Positions 15,180 through 31,100 of a stretch of DNA of 64,000 bases are shown here, one piece after another (position 1 is the first letter of the stretch; each line of letters opens with the position of its first letter). The DNA lies in contig OZ024743.1 of assembly GCA_964016885.1 (NCBI GenBank), positions 209,436,001 to 209,500,000 of the forward strand, in the 5' to 3' direction. Made by a program: the position numbers and the translations under genes. The notes beneath the pieces were generated by a model that saw nothing but the letters and a program-made list of their open reading frames with translations, was not told the origin of the DNA and made no database searches. The DNA comes from Eledone cirrhosa. Taxonomy: Eukaryota.

Positions 15180-18100
15180 CATAAGATATACCACAGTTTA
15201 CCGTCCTATAGCCACGCCACGGATGAAAGCACTTCATTCCATAAGATATACCACAGTTTACAATCCTATAGCCACACATGAAAGCTCTTCACTCCATAAG
15301 ATATACCACAGTTTACCATCCTATAGCCACACATGAAACCTCTTCACTCCAAAAGATATACCACAGTATACCATCCTATAGCTACGCCACGGATGAAAGC
15401 TCTTCACACCATAAGATATACCACAGTTTACAATCCTATAGCCACAGATGAAAGCTCTTCACTCCATAAGATATACCACAGTTTACCATCCTATTGCCAC
15501 ACATGAAAGCTCTTCACTCCATAAGATATAGCACAGTTTACCATCCTATAGGCACACATGAAAGCTCTTCACTCCATAAGATATAGCACAGTTTACCATC
15601 CTATAGCCAGATGAGTGCTCTTCACTCCATAAGATATACGACAGTTTACCATCCTATAGCCACACATGAAATCTCTTCACTCCATAAGATATACCTCAGT
15701 TTACCATCCTATAGCCACAGATGAAAGCTCTTCACTCCATAAGATATACCACAGTTTACAATCCTATAGCCACACATGAAAGCTCTTCATGCCATAAGAT
15801 ATACCTCAGTTTACCATCCTATAGCCAAAGATGAAAGCTCTTCACTCCATAAGATATACCACAGTTTACCATCCTATTGCCACACATGAAAGCTCTTCAC
15901 TCCATAAGATATAGCACAGTTTACCATCCTATAGGCACACATGAAAGCTCTTCACTCCATAAGATATAGCACAGTTTACCATCCTATAGCCAGAAGAGTG
16001 CTCTTCACTCAATAAGATATACGACAGTTTACCATCCTATAGCCACACATGAAATCTCTTCACTCCATAAGATATACCTCAGTTTACCATCCTATAGCCA
16101 CAGATGAAAGCTCTTCACTCCATAAGATATACCACAGTTTACAATCCTATAGCCACACATGAAAGCTCTTCATGCCATAAGATATACCTCAGTTTACCAT
16201 CCTATAGCCAAAGATGAAAGCTCTTCACTCCATAAGATATACCACAGTTTACCATCCTATAGCCACACATGAGAGCTCTTCACTCCATAAGATATACCAC
16301 AGTTTACCATCCTATAGCCAGATGATAGCTCTTCACTCCATAAAATATACCACAGTTTACCATCCTATAGCCACACATGAAAGCTCTTCACTCCATAAGA
16401 TATACCACAGTTTACCATCCTATAGCCACACATGAGAGCTCTTCACTCCATAAGATATACCACAGTTTACCATCCTATAGCCACACATGAAAGCTCTTCA
16501 CTCCATAAAATATACCACAGTTTACCATCCTATAGCCACACATGAGAGCTCTTCACCCCATAAGATATACCACAGTTTACCATCCTATAGCCAGATGAAA
16601 GCTCTTCACTCCGTAAAATATAGCACAGTTTACCATCCTGTAGCCACACATGAGAGCTCTTCACTCCATAAGATATACCACAGTTTACCATCCTATAGCC
16701 ACACATGAGAGCTCTTCACTACATAAGATATACCACTGTTTACCATCCTATGGCCACACATGAAAGCTCTTCACTCCATAAGATATACCACAGTTTACAA
16801 TCCTATGGCCACACATGAAAGCTCTTCACTCCATAATATATTCCACAGTTTACCATCCTATAGCCTTACTTGAGAGCTCTTCACTCCATAAGATATACCA
16901 CAGTTTACAATCCTATAGCCACACATGAAAGCTCTTCACTCCATAAGATATACCACAGTTTACCATCCTATAGCCACACATGAAAGCTCTTCACTCCATA
17001 AGATATACCACAGTTTACCATCCAATAGCCACGCCACGGATGAAAGCTCTTCACCCCATGAGATATACCACAGTTTACAATCCTATAGCCACAGATGAAA
17101 GCTCTACACTCCATAAGATATACCACAGTTTACCATCCTATAGCCAGATGAAAGCTCTTCACTCCATAAGATATACCTCAGTTTACCATCCTATAGCCAC
17201 ACATGAGAGCTCTTCACTCCATAAGATATACCACAGTTTACCATCCTATAGCCACACATGAAAGCTCTACACTCCATAAGATATATAACAGTTTACCATC
17301 CTATAGCCACACATGAAAGCTCTTCACTCCATAAGATATACCACAGTTTACCATCCTATAGCCACACATGAAAGCTATTCACTCCATAAGATATACCACA
17401 GTTTACTATCCTATAGCCACAAATGAAAGCTCTTCACTCCATAAGATATACCACAGTTTACCATCCTATAGCCACACATGAAAGCTCTTCTCTCCATAAG
17501 ATATACCACAGTTTACCATCCTATATCCACAAATGAAAGCCGTTCACTCCATAAGATATACCACAGTTTACCATCCTATAGCCAGATGAAAGCTCTTCAC
17601 TCCATAAGATATACCACAGTTTACCATCCTATGGCCACGCATGAAAGCTCTTCACTCCATAAGATATACCACAGTTTACCATCCTATAGCCACACATGAA
17701 AGCTCTTCACTCCATAAGATATACCACAGTTTACCATCCTATGACCACAGATGAATGCTCTTCACTCCATAAGATATACCACAGTTTACCACCCTATGGC
17801 CACAGATGAAAGCTCTTCACTCCATAAGATATACCACAGTTTACCATCCTATAGCCACACATGAAAGCTCTTCACTCCATAAGATATACAACAGTTTACC
17901 ATCCTATAGACACGCCACAGATGAATGCTCTTCACTCCATAAGATATACCACAGTTTACCATCCTATAGCCACAGATGAAAGCTCTTCACTCCATACGAT
18001 ATACCACAGTTTACCATCCTATAGCCACACATAAAAGCTCTTCACTCCATAAGATATACCACACTTTACCATCCTATAGCCACAGATGAAAGCTCTTTAC

Positions 18101-21100
18101 TCCATAAGATATACCACAGTTTACCATCCTATAGCCACAGATGAAAGCTGTTCACTCCATAAGATATACCACAGTTTACCATCCTATAGCCACACATGAA
18201 AGCTCTTCACTCCATAAGATATACCACAGTTTACCATCGTATAGCCACAGATGAAAGCTGTTCACTCCATAAGATATACGACAGTTTACCATCCTATAGC
18301 CACAGATGAAAGCTGTTCACTCCATAAGATATACCACAGTTTACCATCCTATAGCCAGATGAAAGCTCTTCACTCCATAAGATATACCACAGTTTACCAT
18401 CCTATAGCCACGCCACGGATGAAAGCTCTTCACTCCATAAGATATACCACAGTTTACCATCCTATAGCCACAGATTAAAGCTGTTCACTCCATAAGATAT
18501 ACGACAGTTTACCATCCTATAGCCAGATGAAAGCTCTTCACTCCATAAGATATACCACAGTTTACCATCCTATAGCCACAGATAAAAGCTCTTCACTCCA
18601 TAAGATATACCACAGTTTACCATCCTATAGCCACAGATGGAAGCTCTTCACTCCATAAGATATACCTCAGTTTACCATCCTATAGCCACACATGAGAGCT
18701 CTTCCCTCCATAAGATATACCACAGTTTATCATCCTATAGCCACACATGAAAGCTCTTCACGCCATAAGATATACCACAGTTTACCATCCTATAGCCACA
18801 CATGAGAGCTCTTCACTCCATAAGATATACCACAGTTTACGATCCTGTGGCCACACATGAAAGCTCTTCACCCCATAAGATATACCACAGTTTACCATCC
18901 TATAGCCAGATGAAAGCTCTTCACTCCGTAAAATATACCACAGTGTACCATCCTGTAGCCACACATGAGAGCTCTTCACTCCATAAGATATACCACAGTT
19001 TACCATCCTATAGCCACAGATGAGAGCTCTTCACTCCATAAGATATACCACAGTTTACAATCCTATGGCCACACATGAAAGCTCTTCACTCCATAATATA
19101 TTCCACAGTTTACCATCCTATAGCCTTACATGAGAGCTCTTCACTCCATAAGATATACCACTGTTTACCATCCTATGGCCACACATGAAAGCTCTTCACT
19201 CCATAAGATATACCACAGTTTACCATCCTATAGCCACGCCACGGATGAAAGCACTTCATTCCATAAGATATACCACAGTTTACAATCCTATAGCCACACA
19301 TGAAAGCTCTTCACTCCATAAGATATACCACAGTTTACCATCCTATAGCCACAGATGAAAGCTCTTCACTCCATAAGATATACCACAGTTTACAATCCTA
19401 TAGCCACAGATGAAAGCTCTTCACTCCATAAGATATACCACAGTTTACCATCCTATTGCCACACATGAAAACTCATCACTCCATAAGATGTAGCACAGTT
19501 TACCATCCTATAGGCACACATGAAAGCTCTTCACTCCATAAGATATAGCACAGTTTACCATCCTATAGCCAGATGAATGCTCTTCACTCCATAAGATATA
19601 CGACAGTTTACCATCCTATAGCCACACATGAAATCTCTTCACTCCATAAGATATACCACAGTTTACCATCCTATAGCCACACATGAGAGCTCTTCACTCC
19701 ATAAGATATACCACTGTTTACCATCCTATGGCCACACATGAAAGCTCTTCACTCCATAAGATATACCACAGTTTACCATCCTATAGCCAGATGAAAGCTC
19801 TTCACTCCATAAGATATACCACAGTTTACCATCCTATAGCCACGCCACGGATGAAAGCACTTCATTCCATAAGATAAACCACAGTCTACAATCCTATAGC
19901 CAGATGAAAGCTCTTCACTCCATAAGATATACCTCAGTTTACCATCCTATAGCCACACATGAGAGCTCTTCACTCCATAAGATATACCACAGTTTACCAT
20001 CCTATAGCCACACATGAAAGCTCTACACTCCATAAGATATATAACAGTTTACCATCCTATAGCCACACATGAAAGCTCTTCACTCCATAAGATATACCAC
20101 AGTTTACCATCCTATGACCACAGATGAATGCTCTTCACGCCATATGATATACCACAGTTTACCAGCCTATGGCCACAGATGAAAGCTCTTCACTCCATAA
20201 GATATACCACAGTTTACCATCCTATAGCCACACATGAAAGCTCTTCACTCCATAAGATATACCACAGTTTACCATCCTATAGCCACGCCACGGATGAAAG
20301 CTCTTCACTCCATAAGATATACCACAGTTTACCATCCTATAGCCAGATGAAAGCTCTTCACTCCATAAGATATACCACAGTTTACCGTCCTATAGCCACG
20401 CCACGGATGAAAGCACTTCATTCCATAAGATATACCACAGTTTACAATCCTATAGCCACACATGAAAGCTCTTCACTCCATAAGATATACCACAGTTTAC
20501 CATCCTATAGCCACACATGAAAGCTCTTCACTCCATAAGATATACCACAGTATACCATCCTATAGCCACGCCACGGATGAAAGCTCTTCACACCATAAGA
20601 TATACCACAGTTTACAATCCTATAGCCACAGATGAAAGCTCTTCACTCCATAAGATATAGCACAGTTTACCATCCTATTGCCACACATGAAAGCTCTTCA
20701 CTCCATAAGATATAGCACAGTTTACCATCCTATAGGCACACATGAAAGCTCTTCACTCCATAAGATATAGCACAGTTTACCATCCTATAGCCAGATGAGT
20801 GCTCTTCACTCCATAAGATATACGACAGTTTACCATCCTATAGCCACACATGAAATCTCTTCACTCCATAAGATATACCTCAGTTTACCATCCTATAGCC
20901 ACAGATGAAAGCTCTTCACTCCATAAGATATACCACAGTTTACCATCCTATAGCCACACATGAGAGCTCTTCACTCCATAAGATATACCTCAGTTTACCA
21001 TCCTATAGCCACAGATGAAAGCTCTTCACTCCATAAGATATACCACAGTTTACAATCCTATAGCCACACATGAAAGCTCTTCATGCCATAAGATATACCT

Positions 21101-24100
21101 CAGTTTACCATCCTATAGCCAAAGATGAAAGCTCTTCACTCCATAAGATATACCACAGTTTACCATCCTATAGCCACACATGAGAGCTCTTCACTCCATA
21201 AGATATACCACAGTTTACCATCCTATAGCCAGATGATAGCTCTTCACTCCATAAAATATACCACAGTTTACCATCCTATAGACACACATGAAAGCTCTTC
21301 ACTCCATAAGATATACCACAGTTTACCATCCTATAGCCACACATGAGAGCTCTTCACTCCATAAGATATACCACAATTCACCATCCTATAGCCACACATG
21401 AAAGCTCTTCACTCCATAAGATATACCACAGTTTACCATCCTATAGCCACACATGAAAGCTCTTCACTCCATAAAATATACCACAGTTTACCATCCTATA
21501 GCCACACATGAGAGCTCTTCACCCCATAAGATATACCACAGTTTACCATCCTATAGCCAGATGAAAGCTCTTCACTCCGTAAAATATAGCACAGTTTACC
21601 ATCCTGTAGCCACACATGAGAGCTCTTCACTCCATAAGATATACCACAGTTTACCATCCTATAGCCACACATGAGAGCTCTTCACTACATAAGATATACC
21701 ACTGTTTACCATCCTATGGCCACACATGAAAGCTCTTCACTCCATAAGATATACCACAGTTTACAATCCTATGGCCACACATGAAAGCTCTTCACTCCAT
21801 AATATATTCCACAGTTTACCATCCTATAGCCTTACTTGAGAGCTCTTCACTCCATAAGATATACCACAGTTTACCATCCAATAGCCACGCCACGGATGAA
21901 AGCTCTTCACTCCATGAGATATACCACAGTTTACAATCCTATAGCCACAGATGAAAGCTCTACACTCCATAAGATATACCACAGTTTACCATCCTATAGC
22001 CAGATGAAAGCTCTTCACTCCATAAGATATACCTCAGTTTACCATCCTATAGCCACACATGAGAGCTCTTCACTCCATAAGATATACCACAGTTTACCAT
22101 CCTATAGCCACACATGAAAGCTCTACACTCCATAAGATATATAACAGTTTACCATCCTATAGCCACACATGAAAGCTCTTCACTCCATAAGATATACCAC
22201 AGTTTACCATCCTATAGCCACACATGAAAGCTAATCACTCCATAAGATATACCACAGTTTACCATCCTATAGCCACAAATGAAAGCTCTTCACTCCATAA
22301 GATATACCACAGTTTACCATCCTATAGCCACACATGAAAGCTCTTCTCTCCATAAGATATACTACAGTTTACCATCCTATATCCACAAATGAAAGCCGTT
22401 CACTCCATAAGATATACCACAGTTTACCATCCTATAGCCAGATGAAAGCTCTTCACTCCATAAGATATACCACAGTTTACCATCCTATGGCCACGCATGA
22501 AAGCTCTTCACTCCATAAGATATACCACAGTTTACCATCCTATAGCCACACATGAAAGCTCTTCACTCCATAAGATATACCACAGTTTACCATCCTATGA
22601 CCACAGATGAATGCTCTTCACTCCATAAGATATACCACAGTTTACCACCCTATGGCCACAGATGAAAGCTCTTCACTCCATAAGATATACCACACTTTAC
22701 CATCCTATAGCCACACATGAAAGCTCTTCACTCCATAAGATATACAACAGTTTACCATCCTATAGACACGCCACAGATGAATGCTCTTCACTCCATAAGA
22801 TATACCACAGTTTACCATCCTATAGCCACAGATGAAAGCTCTTCACTCCATACGATATACCACAGTTTACAATCCTATAGCCACACATAAAAGCTCTTCA
22901 CTCCATAAGATATACCACACTTTACCATCCTATAGCCACAGATGAAAGCTCTTTACTCCATAAGATATACCACAGTTTACCATCCTATAGCCACAGATGA
23001 AAGCTCTTCACTCCATAAGATATACCACAGTTTACCATCCTATAGCCACACATGAAAGCTCTTCACTCCATAAGATATACCACAGTTTACCATCGTATAG
23101 CCACAGATGAAAGCTGTTCACTCCATAAGATATACGACAGTTTACCATCCTATAGCCACAGATGAAAGCTGTTCACTCCATAAGATATACCACAGTTTAC
23201 CATCCTATAGCCAGATGAAAGCTCTTCACTCCATAAGATATACCACAGTTTACCATCCTATAGCCACGCCACGGATGAAAGCTCTTCACTCCATAAGATA
23301 TACCACAGTTTACCATCCTATAGCCACAGATGAAAGCTGTTCACTCCATAAGATATACGACAGTTTACCATCCTATAGCCAGATGAAAGCTCTTCACTCC
23401 ATAAGATATACCACAGTTTACCATCCTATAGCCACAGATGAAAGCTCTTCACTCCATAAGATATACCACAGTTTACCATCCTATAGCCACAGATGGAAGC
23501 TCTTCACTCCATAAGATATACCTCAGTTTACCATCCTATAGCCACACATGAGAGCTCTTCACTCCATAAGATATACCGCAGTTTACCATCCTATAGCCAC
23601 ACATGAAAGCTCTTCACGCCATAAGATATACCACAGTTTACCATCCTATAGCCACACATGAGAGCTCTTCACTCCATAAGATATACCACAGTTTACCATC
23701 CTGTGGCCACACATGAAAGCTCTTCACCCCATAAGATATACCACAGTTTACCATCCTATAGCCAGATGAAAGCTCTTCACTCCGTAAAATATACCACAGT
23801 GTACCATCCTGTAGCCACACATGAGAGCTCTTCACTCCATAAGATATACCACAGTTTACCATCCTATAGCCACAGATGAGAGCTCTTCACTCCATAAGAT
23901 ATACCACAGTTTACAATCCTATGGCCACACATGAAAGCTCTTCACTCCATAATATATTCCACAGTTTACCATCCTATAGCCTTACATGAGAGCTCTTCAC
24001 TCCATAAGATATACCACTGTTTACCATCCTATGGCCACACATGAAAGCTCTTCACTCCATAAGATATACCACAGTTTACCATCCTATAGCCACGCCACGG

Positions 24101-25140
24101 ATGAAAGCACTTCATTCCATAAGATATACCACAGTTTACAATCCTATAGCCACACATGAAAGCTCTTCACTCCATAAGATATACCACAGTTTACCATCCT
24201 ATAGCCACAGATGAAAGCTCTTCACTCCATAAGATATACCACAGTTTACAATCCTATAGCCACAGATGAAAGCTCTTCACTCCATAAGATATACCACAGT
24301 TTACCATCCTATTGCCACACATGAAAACTCATCACTCCATAAGATATAGCACAGTTTACCATCCTATAGGCACACATGAAAGCTCTTCACTCCATAAGAT
24401 ATAGCCCAGTTTACCATCCTATAGCCAGATGAATGCTCTTCACTCCATAAGATATACGACAGTTTACCGTCCTATAGCCACACATGAAATCTCTTCACTC
24501 CATAAGATATACCACAGTTTACCATCCTATAGCCACACATGAGAGCTCTTCACTCCATAAGATATACCACTGTTTACCATCCTATGGCCACACATGAAAT
24601 CTCTTCACTCCATAAGATATACCACAGTTTACCATCCTATAGCCACACATGAAAGTTTTCACTCCATAATATATTCCACAGTTTACCATCCTATAGCTTT
24701 ACGTGAGAGCTCTTCACTCCATAAGATATACCACTGTTTACCATCCTAGGCCACACATGAAAGCTCTTCACTCCATAAGATATACCACAGTTTACCATCC
24801 TATAGCCAGATGAAAGCTCTTCACTCCATAAGATATACCACAGTTTACCATCCTATAGCCACGCCACGGATGAAAGCACTTCATTCCATGAGATAAACCA
24901 CAGTCTACAATCCTATAGCCAGATGAAAGCTCTTCACTCCATAAGATATACCTCAGTTTACCATCCTATAGCCACACATGAGAGCTCTTCACTCCATAAG
25001 ATATACCACAGTTTACCATCCTATAGCCACACATGAAAGCTCTACACTCCATAAGATATATAACAGTTTACCATCCTATAGCCACACATGAAAGCTCTTC
25101 ACTCCATAAGATATACCACAGTTTACCATCCTATAGCCAC
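15180..25140 (+). repeat. Near-tandem duplication of an about 4.9 kb block (about 15180-20100 and 20350-25140)
   Basis: ORF-track landmarks 16980/17478/18251/18802 recur at 21836/22334/23107/23658 (+4856), plus 16214->21125 (+4911) and 16487->21453 (+4966). Shared private variants: gatgatagct, aaagccgttc, gccttacttgag, gatggaagct, acagtctacaat. Confidence 0.88.
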
Positions 25141-25189
25141 ACATGAAAGCTATTCACTCCATAAGATATACCACAGTTTACCATCCTAT

Positions 25190-28100
25190 AGCCACAAATG
25201 AAAGCTCTTCACTCCATAAGATATACCACAGTTTACCATCCGATAGCCACACATGAAAGCTCTTCTCTCCATAAGATATACCACAATTTACCATCCTATA
25301 GCCAGATGAAAGCTCTTCACTCCATAAGATATACCACAGTTTACCATCCTATGGCCACGCATGAAAGCTCTTCACTCCATAAGATATACCACATTTTACC
25401 ATCCTATAGCCACACATGAAAGCTCTTCACTCCATAAGATATACCACAGTTTACCATCCTATGACCACAGATGAATGCTCTTCACGCCATATGATATACC
25501 ACAGTTTACCAGCCTATGGCCACAGATGAAAGCTCTTCACTCCATAAGATATACCACAGTTTACCATCCTATAGCCACACATGAAAGCTCTTCACTCCAT
25601 AAGATATACCACAGTTTACCATCCTATAGCCACGCCACGGATGAAAGCTCTTCACTCCATAAGATATACCACAGTTTACCATCCTATAGCCACACATGAA
25701 AGCTCTTCACTCCATAAGATATACCACAGTTTACCATCCTATAGCCACAGATGAAAGCTGTTCACTCCATAAGATATACGACAGTTTACCATCCTATAGC
25801 CACAGATGAAAGCTGTTCACTCCATAAGATATACCACAGTTTACCATCCTATAGCCAGATGAAAGCTCTTCACTCCATAAGATATACCACAGTTTACCAT
25901 CCTATAGCCACAGATGAAAGCTGTTCACTCCATAAGATATACCACAGTTTACCATCCTATAGCCACGCCACGGATGAAAGCTCTTCACTCCATAAGATAT
26001 ACCACAGTTTACCATCCTATAGCCACAGATGAAAGCTGTTCACTCCATAAGATATACGACAGTTTACCATCCTATAGCCAGATGAAAGCTCTTCACTCCA
26101 TAAGATATACCACAGTTTACAATCCCATAGCCACACATGAGAGCTCTTCACTCCATAAGATATACCACAGTTTACAATCCTATAGCCACACATGAAAGCT
26201 CTTCACGCCATGAGATATACCACAGTTTACCATCCTATAGCCACAGATGAAAGCTCTTCACTCCATAGGATAAACCACAGTTTACCATCCTATAGCCACA
26301 CATATGAGCTCTTCACTCCATAAGATATACCACAGTTTACCATCCTGTGGCCACACATGAAAGCTCTTCACCCCATAAGATATACCACAGTTTACCATCC
26401 TATAGCCAGATGAAAGCTCTTTACTCCGTAAAATATACCACAGTGTACCATCCTGTAGACACACATGAGAGCTCTTGACTCCATACGATATACCACAGTT
26501 TACCATCCTATAGCCACAGATGAGAGCTCTTCACTCCATGAGATATACCACAGTTTACAATCCTATGGCCACACATGAAAGCTTTTCACTCCATAATATA
26601 TTCCACAGTTTACCATCCTATAGCCTTACATGAGAGCTCTTCACTCCATAAGATATACCACTGTTTACCATCCTATGGCCACACATGAAAGCTCTTCACT
26701 CCATAAGATATACCACAGTTTACCATCCTATAGCCAGATGAAAGCTCTTCACTCCATAAGATATACCACAGTTTACCATCCTATAGCCACGCCACGGATG
26801 AAAGCACTTCATTCCATAAGATATACCACAGTTTACAATCCTATAGCCACACATGAAAGCTCTTCACTCCATAAGATATACCACAGTTTACCATCCTATA
26901 GCCACGCCACAGATGAAAGCTCTTCACTCCATAAGATATACCACAGTTTACAATCCTATAGCCACAGATGAAAGCTCTTCACTCCATAAGATATACCACA
27001 GTTTACCATCCTATTGCCACACATGAAAGCTCTTCACTCCATAAGATATAGCACAGTTTACCATCCTATAGGCACACATGAAAGCTCTTCACTCCATAAG
27101 ATATAGCACAGTTTACCATCCTATAGCCAGATGAATGCTCTTCACTCCATAAGATATACGACAGTTTACCATCCTATAGCCACACATGAAATCTCTTCAC
27201 TCCATAAGATATACCTCAGTTTACCATCCTATAGTCACAGATGAAAGCTCTTCACTCCATAAGATATACCACAGTTTACCATCCTATAGCCACACATGAA
27301 AGCTCTTCACGCCATAAGATATACCTCAGTTTACCATCCTATAGCCACAGATGAAAGCTCTGCACTCCATAAGATATACCACAGTTTACCATCCTATAGC
27401 CACACATGAGAGCTCTTCACTCCATAAGATATACCACAGTTTACCATCCTATAGCCAGATGAAAGCTCTTCACTCCATAAAATATACCACAGTTTACCAT
27501 CCTATAGCCACACATGAAAGCTCTTCACTCCATAAGATATAACACAGTTTACCATCCTATAGTCACACATGAGAGCTCTTCACTCCATAAGATATACCAC
27601 AGTTTACCATCCTATAGCCACACATGAAAGCTCTTCACTCCATAAGATATACCACAGTTTACCATCCTATTGCCACACATGAAAACTCATCACTCCATAA
27701 GATATAGCACAGTTTACCATCCTATAGGCACACATGAAAGCTCTTCACTCCATAAGATATAGCACAGTTTACCATCCTATAGCCAGATGAATGCTCTTCA
27801 CTCCATAAGATATATGACAGTTTACCATCCTATAGCCACACATGAGAGCTCTTCACTCCATAAGATATACCACTGTTTACCATCCTATGGCCACACATGA
27901 AAGCTCTTCACTCCATAAGATATACCACAGTTTACAATCCTATGGCCACACATGAAAGCTCTTCACTCCATAATATATTCCACAGTTTACCATCCTATAG
28001 CCTTACGTGAGAGCTCTTCACTCCATAAGATATACCACTGTTTACCATCCTATGGCCACACATGAAAGCTCTTCACTCCATAAGATATACCACAGTTTAC

Positions 28101-31100
28101 CATCCTATAGCCAGATGAAAGCTCTTCACTCCATAAGATATACCACAGTTTACCATCCTATAGCCACGCCACGGATGAAAGCACTTCATTCCATAAGATA
28201 TACCACAGTTTACAATCCTATAGCCACACATGAAAGCTCTTCACTCCATAAGATATACCACAGTTTACCATCCTATAGCCACACATGAAAGCTCTTCACT
28301 CCATAAGATATTCCACAGTTTACCATCCTATAGCCACGACACGGATGAAAACACTTCATTCCATAAGATATACCACAGTTTACAATCCTATAGCCAGATG
28401 AAAGCTCATCACTCCATAAGATATACCTCAGTTTACCATCCTATAGCCACACATGAGAGCTCTTCACTCCATAAGATATACCACAGTTTACCATCCTATA
28501 GCCACACATGAAAGCTCTTCACTCCATAAGATATACCACAGTTTACCATCCTATAGCCACACATGAAAGCTATTCACTCCATAAGATATACCACAGTTTA
28601 CCATCCTATAGCCACAAATGAAAGCTCTTCACTCCATAAGATATACCACAGTTTACCATCCGATAGCCACACATGAAAGCTCTTCACTCCATAAGATATA
28701 CCACAGTTTACCATCCTATAGCCACACATGAAAGCTCTTCTCTCCATAAGATATACCACAATTTACCATCCTATATCCACAAATGAAAGCTCTTCACTCC
28801 ATAAGATATACCACAGTTTACCATTCTATAGCCAGATGAAAGCTCTTCACTCCATAAGATATACCACAGTTTACCATCCTATGGCCACGCATGAAAGCTC
28901 TTCACTCCATTAGATATACCACATTTTACCATCCTATAGCCACACATGAAAGCTCTTCACTCCATAAGATATACCACAGTTTACCATCCTATGACCACAG
29001 ATGAATGCTCTTCACGCCATATGATATACCACAGTTTACCACCCTATGGCCACAGATGAAAGCTCTTCACTCCATAAGATATACCACAGTTTACCATCCT
29101 ATGGCCACACATGAAAGCTCTTCACTCCATAAGATATACCACAGTTTACCATCCTATAGCCACGCCACGGATGAAAGCTCTTCACTCCATAAGATATACC
29201 ACAGTTTACCATCCTATAGCCACACATGAAAGCTCTTCACTCCATAAGATATACCACAGTTTACCATCCTATAGCCACAGATGAAAGCTGTTCACTCCAT
29301 AAGATATACGACAGTTTACCATCCTATAGCCACAGATGAAAGCTGTTCACTCCATAAGATATACCACAGTTTACCATCCTATAGCCAGATGAAAGCTCTT
29401 CACTCCATAAGATATACCACAGTTTACCATCCTATAGCCACAGATGAAAGCTGTTCACTCCATAAGATATACCACAGTTTACCATCCTATAGCCACGCCA
29501 CGGATGAAAGCTCTTCACTCCATAAGATATACCACAGTTTACCATCCTATAGCCACAGATGAAAGCTGTTCACTCCATAAGATATACGACAGTTTACCAT
29601 CCTATAGCCAGATGAAAGCTCTTCACTCCATAAGATAAACCACAGTTTACCATCCTATAGCCACACATGAGAGCTCTTCACTCCATAAGATATACCACAG
29701 TTTACAATCCTATGGCCACACATGAAAGCTCTTCACTCCATAATATATTCCACAGTTTACCATCCTATAGCCTTACATGAGAGCTCTTCACTCCATAAGA
29801 TATACCACTGTTTACCATCCTATGGCCACACATGAAAGCTCTTCACTCCATAAGATATACCACAGTTTACCATCCTATAGCCACAGATGAAAGCTCTTCA
29901 CTCCATAAGATATACCACAGTTTACAATCCTATAGCCACAGATGAAAGCTCTTCACTCCATAAGATATACCACAGTTTACCATCCTATTGCCACACATGA
30001 AAACTCATCACTCCATAAGATATAGCACAGTTTACCATCCTATAGGCACACATGAAAGCTCTTCACTCCAGAAGATATAGCACAGTTTACCATCCTATAG
30101 CCAGATGAATGCTCTTCACTCCATAAGATATACGACAGTTTACCATCCTATAGCCACACATGAAATCTCTTCACTCCATAAGATATACCACAGTTTACCA
30201 TCCTATAGCCACACATGAGAGCTCTTCACTCCATAAGATATACCACTGTTTACCATCCTATGGCCACACATGAAAGCTCTTCACTCCATAAGATATACCA
30301 CAGTTTACAATCTTATGGCCACACATGAAAGCTCTTCACTCCATAATATATTCCACAGTTTACCATCCTATAGCCTTACGTGAGAGCTCTTCACTCCATA
30401 AGATATACCACTGTTTACCATCCTATGGCCACACATGAAAGCTCTTCACTCCATAAGATATACCACAGTTTACCATCCTATAGCCAGATGAAAGCTCTTC
30501 ACTCCATAAGATATACCACAGTTTACCATCCTATAGCCACGCCACGGATGAAAGCACTTCATTCCATAAGATATACCACAGTTTACAATCCTATAGCCAC
30601 ACATGAAAGCTCTTCACTCCATAATATATACCACAGTTTACCATCCTATAGCCACACATGAAAGCTCTTCACTCCATAAGATATTCCACAGTTTACCATA
30701 CTATAGCCACGCCACGGATGAAAGCACTTCATTCCATAAGATATACCTCAGTTTACCATCCTATAGCCACACATGAGAGCTCTTCACTCCATAAGATATA
30801 CCACAGTTTACCATCCTATAGCCACACATGAAAGCTCTACACTCCATAAGATATATAACAGTTTACCATCCTATAGCCACACATGAAAGCTCTTCACTCC
30901 ATAAGATATACCACAGTTTACCATCCTATAGCCACACATGAAAGCTATTCACTCCATAAGATATACCACAGTTTACCATCCTATAGCCACAAATGAAAGC
31001 TCTTCACTCCATAAGATATACCACAGTTTACCATCCGATAGCCACACATGAAAGCTCTTCACTCCATCAGATATACCACAGTTTATCATCCTATAGCCAC

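Noticed and set aside
20128-23514. Longest ORFs (130 aa at 20128, 135 aa at 23107) as real genes or programmed-frameshift products
   Set aside because: They are chance runs of frame-preserving 53- and 60-mers. The paralog of the 23107 ORF at 18251 is cut to 75 aa by a point stop (gattaa), so the frame is not conserved.
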